Part shown: piece by piece, positions 12,931-26,000 of the stretch | Numbering within the stretch: position 1 is the stretch's first letter | Layout: each line of letters starts with the position of its first letter | Assembly: GCA_951406725.2 (NCBI GenBank) | Contig: OX597820.1 | Span: forward strand, 25,668,001-25,732,000 | Length of the DNA: 64,000 nt | Direction: 5' to 3' | From: Octopus vulgaris | Lineage: Eukaryota | Position numbers and translations under genes: made by a program | The notes under the pieces: model-generated | What the model saw: only the letters and a program-made list of their open reading frames with translations | The model's database searches: none | What the model was told of the DNA's origin: nothing

Positions 12931-14900
12931 AGCTTATTTCATTAGCTGATTAGGTTTATTGTTGCTTTCTGCAAAGCATATTGTTATCTGGTCATTCTGG
13001 TGCACAGGCAATAAAGCATTTACAAAAATTTACCAGAGTTCATGTTCTGATAGCCTGAGATTAGCCATCACATTCGATTATGCTTTCATAATCGTACATC
13101 AAAGTCATCAAATTTGCTTGTATATTTTTTCTACAAAGAAGGAAAAATGACAACTTTAAAATTCTGTATGATGTCATTTCTGTTATTGAAGAGATTTAAT
13201 TGAAGATATAAGAGTCTCAAATTTTAAACTTAATCAAATATATAAAGTTTTCATTTTAACCCACTCCTCCAGCAGATAGTAGTGACAGCCATCTTGTTCC
13301 ACCTTAGAAAATTTCCCTCAGGAGCCTTGGTGTCTATGATACCTCCTTAGAACTATATAGATTTGTTATTGTGAGTTAAATTTCCACAATATAATGACAA
13401 TGAGAGAGTACCAACCAGTTCTTTATCAACTTAGCCATTTTTGCTCTCTCAGTGCTTCTAATATTATTTGCTTTGCTTCAGTGATGGGAAAAACTGAAGT
13501 GAATACAGAGGAGTTTGAACAAATGGACATAACAAACATTTCAATAGATTACAATGCCAAATTAAAAATCTTCCAATGGACAAAATCTAAAAACTGATGA
13601 GCAAATAAGGGAACCTTTATACAACTGTTTGCCCTGTCAGAAATAGTAACCAAATCTCCTTCAACTCGTACACTGCAATTTAAAAAATTTACCGAAATAT
13701 ACTAGTTAATGTAGTCTGAAATACACAAGGATAGGATGGCCACACATTCAATGAAGGAACCACAATGAGGGGTTGCTAAAGAGTTCCTGGCTTTGAGTAA
13801 AAGAAAATCAGTCAATTACGACTTTATTTAACATATTCCACTCTCAGATTCACACATTTATTGCAGCAGGCCTTCAGTCTTTCTAAGCCCTGTAAAAGAA
13901 CTCAGAAGGTTGGGCTTCCAGCAAGGCCTTTCACAATACCCTTAAAGTCAGCACCCCCTTGTACATGGTCATTTGATCACAAAAAAATAGTAACTTGGGT
14001 CTGTCATAAGCCCTCGGATTCAAATGGCCAGAACCAGAACTTAACCTGGTTTTCATGGTGCATGAATGACTGAAATTACAATATTTCCTGCTGAACTGGA
14101 CACCAGTTCCTCATAGGGTTAACTTCCCAGCTTTATCTGGAACTCATTTTATGGTTGAGTAAACAGGAGCAGCGTGAAACAAAGTGTTTTATTCAAGAAC
14201 ATAAGGCACTGCTTTGTCTGGGAATTGAAACCACGAGAGTAACACCCTAACCACTAGGCCTTGCAAATCCAGTTAAATCTCCTTCAAATCACACCTTGCA
14301 TCTTTAATAAAGAACAGACATGCTAACTATTGTAGTCCTACAGAGTCCAATGGTTACAGATCTGTTCAGTAACCACTCAGAAACCAGACAATACAGAAAA
14401 CCGTGTTAGAGATTCAGTTTAGATTCAAAAATCCATCACCATCCCTAACCAGCATGTCACTCAATATTAGTGTCTTTCATTCTGGTTCTTACATTCAGAC
14501 CTCAATTCCTAACAAGATCAATTTTGTCTTTTACCTTTTCAAGGTTAATAAAATAAACTGTGAGTCAAATACGGTGGTCAGATACAACCTTCCCAAAAAT
14601 GAATGATATTCTTTCAACATTAGAAATCAAACAACAATTGTTGGGCAAAAACTCTGTGTTATCTATCAACAGATATTGTCAAGAAAGGAGGGTTTCACAG
14701 GAAAAGTTGGAACTAACTAAAAAAGAGAAAAAAGGAAAGAATAAGAGAAAAGAAAAGAAAGATGAGAAGAAATACATTAAATATGTTTAGAGTTCTTTGT
14801 TAAGAAAGGAAGGAAAATATAAAATGCTTAGACTTCTCTGCTAAGAAAGGAAGAAATTTCATCTGTACAGAGTTGGGTTTATTTTTTTAAGTTTACTTAC

Positions 14901-15038
14901 CTGTAAAAGCAAAAGCTGTCAGAGCTGATCCAATGAGACTTAATTGTAACAACAGCTTTGGTCTGTACTGGTCAGCTAAAAAGCCACTAAAAAACTTACT
15001 AACTGAGTAAGCAATGCATTGGCTGCTGGTCACTAGGC
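14901..15038 (-). CDS. SLC37A4: G6PT coding exon 2
   Basis: Acceptor catag|GC and donor ACAG|gtaagt; 138 nt, phase 1-1. Encodes GLVTSSQCIAYSVSKFFSGFLADQYRPKLLLQLSLIGSALTAFAFT (human [22 protein letters not shown]). Confidence 0.93.
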
Positions 15039-16150
15039 CTATGATAATAAGAAAAAAACATAGTAACCAATGTTGACAATTCAAAAGACAACAATATTTA
15101 TTTTACAATAATACATCTAATTTCATGTCCTGTTTCATTCACTCCTCTGTCCTACGCTTTGAAGAATGCACCCATTAGTATAAAATTTTTGCCCTCCAAT
15201 TATTAATAACTCAGCTGAACATTAACCCTTCACTTATCCTTGTCCCTTAGTCCACAAGGGTTTATATTTTATTGTATTTTAAATGAAAAATAATAATAAA
15301 ACATTGTGTACAGTGCTCAGGTGCACTACAACTCATCTAAAGTGTATGTATAGTACATAGGGTAATGTACAAGCGTCAGGAAAAGAACAGTGCATGAGTC
15401 ATGACATACACATATGTGTATGAGGAAGGGGGAGAATCAGGTGTAGTTTTGGCGGATTTCGGAAAGCATGATTGGCATTAGGAAGGGCATCCAACCATAG
15501 AAACCAAACCAAATCAGACTGATGCCTGGTACAGCTCTCCAGCTTACCAGTTCCAATCAAACTGTCTAACCTGTGCCAGCATGGAAAACGAATACAAAAT
15601 GATGACAATCTTTAGAAGAGTCTTACTCATAGTTCTGACAAGTACTTCTTAGAGAAGTTAATACAACTAATGCTCAACTTAATCCTCAGCAAGATTAGCA
15701 TGAAGTTAATTTTAAGTTTGCAGTCCTGAGAAAATATTTAAAGAATCATCAAATGGACTTAAAGGCTATTGTTGTTAGGCACTCAGCTAAATGCTTCACT
15801 ATGACCTACTACAGAGGCAGGAAAGTGAACATGATCAGAGTGCAGTGGAAGCTTCTCTTCTACACTTATTGATGATGGTGAGCATTCTAGTATAGTAGTT
15901 CAGGTCAGTGATACTATTGATGTTGCAGATATTATTGTTCTTTCTTTTATTTGTTTCAATCATTTGATTGGAGCCTTGCTGGAGCACCACCTTTAGTCAA
16001 AGAAATCGACCCCCAGGACATATTCTTTGTAAACCTAGGACTTATTCCATCAGTCTCTTTTGCTGAACCGCTAAATTACGGGGATATAAACACACCAACA
16101 TCGGTTGTCAAGTGATGGTGGAGGGACAGACATATAAACGCACACACACA

Positions 16151-16162
16151 AACACACATATA

Positions 16163-16223
<61 letters not shown>
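16151..16223. repeat. Compound (CA)/(TA)/(TAA)n microsatellite
   Basis: Visible tandem TAA run following CA/TA repeats inside a SINE. Confidence 0.9.
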
Positions 16224-17399
16224 GGGAATATTATTCCAAACTTACAGGGAAAAATTCAATTTAGTAATACTAAGTCAAATTTCACAATATATAATATATA
16301 TATATATAAATTAGAGAAGAACCACCGTATATTTAATTTTTTTCTATATGGTATAATTTAATTATATCATTGTTATTTCATTGTTGAATTGATAAAAGGT
16401 GGTTTACCCACAAGGCTTTGGTCAGCCCGAGGCTATAATAGAAGACACTTGCCCAAGGTGCCATGCAGTGGGACTGAACCCAGAACCGTGTGGTTGGTAA
16501 GCAAGCTACTTACAAGACAGCTACACCTGTGCCTATGTTGATGATTTTTGTTTGTCTTTTTTCAATATTTTCTGGGCTTGAAGGTGACGATCTGGCAGAG
16601 TCGTCAACACATCAAGCAAAACGCTAAGTGGCATTTTGTCCATCTTCATGTTTTGATTCCAAATTCCACTGAGGTCGACTTTGCCTTTCATCCTTTTGTG
16701 GACCAATAAAATAAGTACCAATTCAATTGAGGGACTGATGTAATCAACTTACCCTGCTTCCCTCTAATTATCAAAAGTATAACAAGCAGATTATTATTAT
16801 TATTAAGATGGTGGTGAGCTAACAGGATCATTAGTGTGCCGAGCAAAATACTTAGCCACATTTTGTCTGCCTTTACATTTTAAGTTCAAATGCCACGAAG
16901 GTCAACTTTGCTTTCCATTCTTTGAGGGTCAATAAATTAAGTACCAATTAAGCACTGGGGTTAATGTAATCAACTTACTCCTCTCCCCAAACTTGCTGGC
17001 CTTGTGCCAAAATTTCAAACCACCATCATCATTATCATCGTTATTATTATTGCCATAGTTTCACTAGACTGGGTTTACATTCATCTGTACAATATTCCTA
17101 ATAACAATAACATTAAATCACTCTAAACATGACCTTGGTAGTATCTGGCCTTATAGGATATAAGATGGGTTTTTTTTTTGGTGGGGGGGGTCTGCCAGTA
17201 TATGAAGACATTGCAAGAGAGATGTGTCTGTCATTTCAATCAGCCAAGAGCTTGGAATGAACTAATGAATCAGCTGACTCGCTATGCAGTCATTTAACTT
17301 GCTAGGAAAAGCAGCAAAATCTCCCTCAAATAAAACTCTGCCATCTTCATAAAAATAAAGGACATATTGAATAACAAAGTTCTTGAAACATAAGCACCA

Positions 17400-18300
17400 G
17401 TCTTTGTTATACAGTCCTTTCTACATTAAGGATGTGCTTTCAACAGGAGAAATCTTCAATGATAGAGAGACTTAACATTGGGAGTGATGGTGAGGGCTCT
17501 AGTTGTGTGCATGCTCATATTTAAGAAGGAAGAATGCAATTATGTTTCCTTGTGATAAATGGTGCTTGTGCTTTCATTACTATTGAAAGAGATAAGATTG
17601 ACAAGTCTACAATGGAGGATGCTTTCAAAAGTACTGTTCATGGAATCTGTGCAGGTTTGGCATTTCTTGTCCAGGTTGCAAGAGGGTGATGATTTGTTGA
17701 GAAAGTTTAGGGAAGAATGAAGGGTAGTGTCATCTGTATAAGAAGGGGCATTGCTGAACAAGACAAGTGGGTCACTGACGTATAGAAAGAAGAGAGTGGG
17801 AGACCATACCCTTTTTATTTGCTGTTGAAGGAACTAAAACTTGGCATGTCCACAAAGGAGGATCCTTTCAAAACTTCTTCATAAAATGAGTGCAGGTTTT
17901 GCTGGTGACAAAGCTAGAGAGTGTGCTGTTATAGCTCCTAAGCCTATACAAGCTTATACAGCAGACCCAAAAGTGCCACCCCAATAAAAGCATTGCCTGA
18001 AGTAGACACCTTACTCACCTCTACTATACAACAGGGTCTGACATGCAGGGATGGTGCATGGCTGAGAAAGGATATAGAATAACAAAGGGTAGTACCATCT
18101 GCTTAAAAAGTGGCCATTGTTGGATATACCACCAAATGGGCCATTGATGCACAGAAGGAAGTTAGTGGGAGTACAAAACTGAAACCTGGAGCATGCCAGA
18201 GTTATAGAATGTGGGACGGAGAGAGTTCTCTCAGTTCTATCTGATATAATTGTGTTCTGATAGAAAGAGATGAGAGATAGCCAGAGTCCAAAGGTTGGCA
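17400..18300 (-). mobile_element. Decayed non-LTR reverse-transcriptase fragments
   Basis: YTDDTTLHSS (YADD-like) in ORF 17540-17761, with a second related degenerate segment near 18050-18220. Confidence 0.55.
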
Positions 18301-18959
18301 ATTATAATGGAGTATTTAGATTTCAAAATGTAAACAGAATGTTTTAACCCTTTAGTATTCAGATTATTTGGTTAAATGCTTGTGGTCAACATGCTTTTGA
18401 TCAAAGATCTGCGAGATTAGATGTGAACTGAGGATTAACAATAACTCTTTTGGCATTAGTACAATAATCTAGTTACCCTTCCAGCATGTTTACTTTGGAT
18501 AGAGTGTTAAAATTCTATTTTTAGATGCATTATTTTATTATGGATTTGGTTAGTTGTTATTTTACCAAAGATTTGTTTGTAGTTAAGGGGATAACCCCCC
18601 TCCCCATCTGTAAATAGATGTTAGGATGTTGTCATCCCTGATGATGAGCAAATGGGCATTAATTTACAGGAATGTGACTTGCACTAGATGACAACCAGAG
18701 CCTATAAAAGGAAGTGGATTCAACCAATATCAGCTTGGAGCCCAAAGAGTCAAAGAGGAGCTCGTGAATGTCCTCTAAAATAAAATGCCACCTATCCACC
18801 CACTAAATTTCGAGAAGACTGCAGCGCCCTTTTTAAACTTCTTGTGGAGGGCTTGTGACAGCTACAGCTGGAAAAAATCCACGATGAGCTTGCACAATGA
18901 TTTATTGTGCAATGCCATGCTATAATGCTGAGAAGATTTAACTACTATGATCAAAGAGG

Positions 18960-19400
18960 TATGGTGCAATCTACAAGAAGTACACGTTCTACGTACAGAC
19001 ATTATTTTCCTTTTTTTTTTTTTCGTTATGAGCAATGTGAAACTTTCCTAAATACTCGAGATGTTGTATTGGTAGGCAAAACAAAAAGCGAGTATAAGCA
19101 AAGGATAGTAATATCTGAGGGAGGGATTAAACCAGAAGCAATTGTTAATGGGTTCAATTATTTCAGAAATATATGTACAGTAAGGTGCATCGATCATCTA
19201 GTGATGGTTGTCATTGGAATTGATGTTGAAATTAATGAATCAAGATGCATGCAATGAAAATACTTCTATCGACATTATAGTAAATGCCTTTGGGTTATTG
19301 GAATGGTGGGACGAGGAGCAAAGAAATGTATGATGGTGTTGTTTGAGGTTCGAAGGGCTGCATTTCTGTTACCGATTATTAATCAACGCGTCCTACAATC
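18960..19400 (+). mobile_element. Merlin (IS1595/ISXO2-like DDE) transposase fragment
   Basis: Frameshifted translation VDxFNYFRNIC...GIDVEINES...WVIGMVGRG.KKCMMV..EVRRAA.LLPII matches the VEIDES..WVFG.VER..R.A.TLLPII pattern. Confidence 0.65.
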
Positions 19401-20025
19401 AGAGGCGTGTGGTGGTTGTTGTATCGGGTGTGACAAAAGATTGCCGGCAGAGCTTAAGAATACGCACACCACTCGTTTTCGGCGTAACAAAAACTATAAC
19501 CCTACTTTTAACCCTAACCCTAAACACTGGGTCTTAACGGAACTTAAGACCACAGATCTTAATGGAAAATTTTTGTTTTCCATTAAGATCTGTGATTAAA
19601 TTAATGAGTAAGGTTAACATTTATAATTAATTTGGCATTTTCGATGGGAGTGCAGCGCACACCTAACACACCCGGAATATAGGCGCCTGCAGCCAGTCCT
19701 CACCCCACCACATGTTGAGAGATACTGGACTTCCTATAAGTTTCTTATTTCTTTATTGCCCACAAGGGGCTAAACATAGAGGGGACAAACAAGGACAGAC
19801 AAGGAGATTAAGTCGATTACATCGACCCCAGTGCATAACTGGTACATAATTTATCGACCCCGAAAGGATGAAAGGCACAGTCAACCTCGGCGGAATTTGA
19901 GCTCAGAACATAAAGGCAGACGAAATACCGACTTCCTATAAGTTTCTGTATAACCAGTTTACTGTGAACCATTCACACTAACAAAAATTGTAAGGACGTC
20001 GTCAATTGCCAAATCAAAATAGTTA

Positions 20026-20327
20026 TCTAATCTTTTATATATAAAAGTAAGGTTGTGTGTCTGTCTCCTACGATTTAGATTCCTAACTACTGCCACATTT
20101 TGCGGTGCAGTTTAACCAAAACCGGGTATCTTATAGTCGTGATTCATATCGAGCCCTTCTGGGTATTAGCGCGCGTCTACGATGAGTCTACGATTAAAAA
20201 AAAAATTACCATCATTTTTTTTCCATTTTTAATGCATTTTTTTGCTATTTTTTGGCTATAACTCTCTAAAAATGCTTATATAGTTATTTCCCTTACAAAC
20301 CCGAGCAACGCCGGGCGATACTGCTAG
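20026..20327 (+). mobile_element. Non-autonomous Helitron
   Basis: A|TC...TATATATAAAA 5' end, subterminal hairpin CCCGAGCAACGCCGGG, and CTAG|T 3' end. Confidence 0.8.
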
Positions 20328-22298
20328 TGTTTTATAAACAATAAAAGGGAGCAATCAGATGCTTTATTTTCTATAAGAATTTCATTGGAGACGAATACTT
20401 TCTTTGAACTAATATTTTTTCTGTAAGACATTATTAGAGCATACAAGATAGAAAGGTGAGTATGCACTTTGTGGAGAGCTAAAAGTACAAAATCCGAAAC
20501 TACCGCCCTGAATGTGAAACTGAACTGCTGTAACAATAACATTGAGGTAATGTACTGATAATATACAACTAACAAATAATTAGTGTGTCAATGTCGAGAG
20601 AACACCCATAAATTTTGCATCTATATGTTAAAGGGTTACACACACAAAAAATGTTCTCAAGCAGCCCCTTTTCCACCGCTCACGATTAAGAACTAATGCT
20701 TGTACTTTATTTAAAAAACAATTTAACGCTGATCGAGCGTTTTTATTTCATATTTGTATCCTTTTTCTGAAGATGGCAGGGTGTGTGATTTGAGAGAGAG
20801 TTGACTGCTATCTCGATAGTATATAGTTTACCTATGCGTCTGTATTCTATCAGCAAACGTAAAAGACGCATGTTTTTCGTCTTGGTAACAGATCGGTTGA
20901 TTCAAAAATAAATAAGAGCGCCTCAAAAGTCATTAGAGACGTTTCCCAGCGCCCTAAAACTCACTACTCGTTCGAGTAATATGATACTACGACAATTTAT
21001 TATTGAGTTTCTATTGATTAAATAAAGTTCAACCATAAAATTTGAGAAATAAGCAAAACTATAGGCTTATAGTGTTTGTAATTTTAACTTGCAAGAGTGG
21101 GGCCTATGCATGGAATGATGAGTTTTGAAAATTCACAGCTTTCCTCCTAAAAGTTTCACTTAAATAAGAAACAGAAGGATATGTCGTGACGGGTATCGGG
21201 TATAAAGTTCATTTTTAAATAGGAACTGCAAGCCGGTCTCGATTTAAGTACTCGAGGGTGCATACAGGGTCCCACTTCTTGTTGCCTTCTAAAAACCCAG
21301 GCTTTTTTCGAGCTGGAAATCTTGACTACATGTATTGTCCTGGATTAAGAAAATGGTAAAATATACTGATTTCTTACAGGGGTACAAATCACACATTTGT
21401 AGGAGGAAAATGGTTGTACAACACGCATGATTTCGTAAATATTAATAAATCAAACTGAGTTGTGAAGTAGTTTGTCAGAGTTTAAGGGGAAGGACTATCG
21501 CAAAATAAATTATAATGCTTGTTTTCATTAATATAGAAAAATAAAATTTGCCTTTAACTATCAATGTATTCATCAATCTATAAACACCTCATCATTTGTA
21601 TCGTAATACCGTTTAACTACACATAATAATAAGACTTCTAAGCTGCGAAAACTTGGCACCATTACATAATGTTTATTATTCAGAGCCAGTGAGGGGAGCC
21701 TCTATGTGGTTGTTCGCAACCTGTTAGCAATAGCAGCTAAATCTCTCTTAAATGACAAATACTGTGAACCGCCTTTAAAAGTAAAGGACATTAGATATTG
21801 TGTTCTTGGATACACTATGTCAGAAAATAGATGAGATGTTCACTCTCAGAATACCTTTTGATCATATGCATACTTAATCAATGCTGACCAAGGGCTAAAT
21901 AATTGCAACGAAACAATCATTGCTAGCATACCAGATATTTTTTACGAGAAGAAAGATATATAATCGAAGGAACAGAATTCAGTATACAATCGGTACTTAT
22001 TTTACTAATCAGAAAAAGACAGTTCTGTAATGTTTTTTAAAGCATGAAATCATACACAGACGACTAAGAATTGAAACTATACCACCGGCTTTTGTATCAA
22101 ATAGAGGTTATTATATAAATATAAATAGATGCCATCCTATTCATTATCTTGTTTGATGTTATTTTAGGCATAACATTAAAAGTAAACAAATGACAATTTT
22201 ATACATCGTGCAATAAAACAAGAAGAAACATAAAAAGCAGAATAAACCAGTAAAATAACAGATTTCCCCTCCCCCCGTTTTCAAATGTCTCAACTCAC

Positions 22299-22434
22299 CC
22301 AGCTGGCTTCTTTCAACACCCGTAGAATTAATAACATCTGGCAGGACAAAAGTAAAAGATTTCCGAACGAAAACACTCAAACCATATCCGACATAGAGAC
22401 TGGCTAGCTGTAACAACTGTCGAAAATTAGGCAT
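22299..22434 (-). CDS. SLC37A4: Glucose-6-phosphate transporter (G6PT, MFS OPA family), coding exon 1
   Basis: ATG at 22434 gives MPNFRQLLQLASLYVGYGLSVFVRKSFTFVLPDVINSTGVERSQL-G, resembling the recalled human G6PT N-terminus (GYSLYYFNRKTFSFVMP...DLG). Phase-1 donor G|GTGAGT; 136 nt. Confidence 0.9.
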
Positions 22435-23050
22435 AGCTATGTCTCAGCAAATAAAATATTTTTAAGAAAAAAAAAAATCAAAACCTATATTTTCAAATCA
22501 TTCAACAGCATTTGAGATGTTCATCGTATGAATGAATGGTGTTACAAACATCGTCATGGTTAAAATGTCACAAACTCCTTGCCACAAGAAACGGCGGTCG
22601 AACTGATCAGAGGTGAAGCTTTTCGTCATCTCGTAAACAAGTTGTTTAATTAAGCTTATCGATTCGACAAGGTTTATTTATGATTGTATGACAGAAGCAT
22701 TATAGATGATCGTTAATTTGATTACCACTGCTTTTTTCTATGTATTGTATTTATCAATCTCCTTCTCTTGTCTTTTACTTTCTTTCTTCCAGTGATGAGT
22801 CATACGTTATTGGCATTTAGTGTTGTGTATGTTATATTTCAATGTGAGGCTTTTTTTTATTTGTTATACATACACACACATTATCCTATTCTTTCACTCC
22901 TTCCAGGTCATAAGCCGACGTGCTGAGGCCAGGCTGGGGTTTTTAGTTGAACGTATCAATATCCAGTGTAGTCTCGATGAATTTGAGAACAAGAATACTG
23001 TCATAGAAACATAATGAAAACACTCAGATAAACAGTAAACAATGTTTTAA
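22435..23050 (-). promoter_or_regulatory. Probable SLC37A4 5' UTR/promoter
   Basis: Mostly unique, CpG-retaining sequence upstream of the ATG. Contains GTAAACAA at 22633 and 23035, and CGTCA half-CRE motifs near 22553 and 22624. Confidence 0.4.
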
Positions 23051-26000
23051 AATTCTGTTTGTATAGCGAGGGAAACAACAGCATTAGTAGTTTCACTTTG
23101 GGAACCTCTGAGGAATACAATATAAACAACACCGGTTAATACATATATAATGTGAATGTGTGTGTGTATGAAATTTGAAATGTAACGTAGGGTATACACT
23201 TCTGATAAATATACAGGTTTAAGATTGCTCTAAATAGTAAAGAAGTAGTTTCGCTATAGTTTCTAGTTTCTCCGCGAGTAGAAAGCAAGTGGAAGTCTAT
23301 GGAAATTAGACGAATCAGCACAGCTGAGTTCGAATTTGGATATACTATAAATAAACTATAACCCGGTTACATGAAGCTGATAGTTTTTGTCTGTGTAATT
23401 TCTAAATAGATTCCTCTGATTTCTTTTTTCTTTGTCTGTCCCTGGATATCTGCGGTGTGACCACTTTATTCATTTTATTTTCACTACAAAGCTGTGTTAC
23501 GCAGGGCTAAAAAGAGAAAAAACCTTGTGTAGTGCAATAATTAATTTGTGTATGAGTATGTCGTCTTTCAGATGGTAGAACGATGCTTGAAGGAGATTTG
23601 GTTGTTATTTTTAGTTAGTCAAATGCTTGCCTAGTGCTGTCATAGGGAACCTGCAGGCTCCATGACTTTCTCAAGAGTATGCCTAGCGAAAAGTTACTAG
23701 TAGCGCGGCCATCTGGTAAGTCAATTCTCAAGCGGCTCGCTTCTCAAAAAAGGTTGCCCATGCGTGACTGAAAGGTTCAACCGTGAACTCGATAAAGCCC
23801 AGGTTTAACGAGAAACTTTTGAGTGGTGATAGAGTGGATCATCAGGTTCGAACAACTAATAGGCAATTTCGACTGAACGACAGAAAAACTAGAATTAGCA
23901 CTCCATCCGTATTTCTGCATATTCAAAAGGGTGATTGTAAGGAGGGCTCGTATTTACAGTCCGAGTTTCATTTGGTTGGACTCAACAGCTGGGCAGGCCA
24001 CAGAGTATATATAGAAAGCAAAGCAAATGCAGAAGATTTTGTTCATAAAATATTTAGTTACATACTGAGTATTTTAAGAACAAAAACTCATCTATTCTGT
24101 GTTTCTCTCCTGCTATACATACACAATATGTATTCATGAATATATGTATCAAACGTATTTTAAACTAATGGTTAAATTTGTACAGTGGTTTATTATGCAC
24201 ATTAATTTATTATCCAGTGTTTTTTAACTTTTGGTGTCATTATATATGTTGCTAAACCTGTTCAACTTGTAGTAGGTACTTTTCAATCTTTTGTAATTTA
24301 GTGACCTCTTTCTGTGGAATGCATTTTACAAACACATACTTGTCATGTTTAGGAATTTAAAAAAAAGGTTAATTTTGCACAATGGTTTATTAGGCACATT
24401 GTTTTATTGTCCAGTAGGAGCAGATGTGGTTAAAAAACTTACTTTCTAACCATGTGGTCTCAGGTTCAGTTCCACTGCAGAGCACTTTGAACAAACGTTT
24501 TCTCTTATAACCAGAGGATTTGTGAGTGGATTTGGCAGACGGAAACTGAAAATAGTTCATTGTATAGATGTCTTGTGATTAATGGATTTGGTAAATGGAA
24601 ACTGAAAGAAGCCAGTCAAATATATGAGTGTTTGTGTTTTCTCTCACCACTGCCTGTAATGTAGCTGTTCAGCAAAATGAGACTGAAAGAATAAGTTACC
24701 AGACTTTAAAAAAATGTGCTAGGTTTGAGTTGTTCAATTAAACCTTTCAAATCAGAGCCTCAGCATGGCTGCAGTCTAGTGGCTAAAGCAAATAAAATAT
24801 AAAAGATTCTTCCTTTTCACACTCTTTAAGTTTTAATTTTCCTTCCTGAAGTTTATGGTTTATCATCATCATTTAACATCTGTTTTCCATGGGTTGGCCA
24901 GTTTGACTGGAGCTAGTAAGGCTTGGGGCTGCACCAAGATCCATTGTCTGTTCTGGCATGGTTTCTACAGCTGGATGCCCTTCCTAACACCAACCACTCC
25001 ATAGAGTGAACTGAGTGCTTTTTATGTGACACCAACACCTATATCAATTCTACAGTGGCAGATGGGTCTTCTTGAGTATAGCAAAGCACCAAAAATCTAG
25101 GTCCTTAGTCATCTCCTTTGTAAGGCTCCGTGTCTTGAGATCAAACTTCAATACTTTTTCCCATGTTTTCTTGAATCTCTCTCTTCCACAAGTTCCATCC
25201 ACTTTAAATGGTTAGCACTTCTGAGGAAATATATTAAGCAAAACAATCCATTTTAGAAACATTTTGTGCTTTTAGACATGAAAACAGAAAAGAGAAATCT
25301 TTAAAAAATAGAAAACCTTCATTGCTATAGTTAGTCATAATACTGAATAACACAATTTTTTTGTCTTTGAGTAGCAACTGTTATTTCCTATTTGCTTATC
25401 CCTAGAGAGTTTGAAAAATGGCTAATATTTCCTTTGAAATTTGCTTCTGTTGCACTTATTCATTTATTCAAACCCCAAAGAACATCTTTCATGCTCCCCA
25501 ACTACTGTTCATAATCAGAGATGCATATATTCTTTTCTACTCAAGGCACAAGGCCGGAAACTTGTGGGGAGGGGCCTGTCAATTAGATCGACCCAGTATG
25601 CAACTGGTACTTAATTTATTGATCCCGAAAGGATGAAAGGCAAAGTCAACCTTGGTGGCATTTGAACTCAGAACATAAAGACAGACGAAATACCTATTTC
25701 TTTACTACCCACAAGGGGCTAAATACAGAGAGGACAAACAGATTAAGTCGATTACATCGACCCCAGTGCGTAGATGGTACTTAATTTATCAACCCCAAAA
25801 GAATGAAAGGCAAAGTCGACCTCAGCAGAATTTGAACTCAGAACGTAATGGCAGACAAAATACCGCTTAGCATTTCGCCCGGTGTGCTAATGTTTCTGCC
25901 AGCTCACCACCTTAAGAGCTGCATATATTGTCAACCACTAAGGAACATGCTCAAGTGGTTATGGTCAAGTAACTGATAAGCAAATCTGTGGTATTGAGCA

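Noticed and set aside
19497-19523. Interstitial telomere
   Set aside because: Only two to three CCCTAA units embedded in transposon-like sequence.
22600-23721. Bidirectional promoter with an ANAPC15 non-coding first exon
   Set aside because: Candidate donors are weak (22672) or lie inside a MITE (23716), and the apparent acceptor at 22907 leads into a decayed SINE tail. Not supportable without transcript data.
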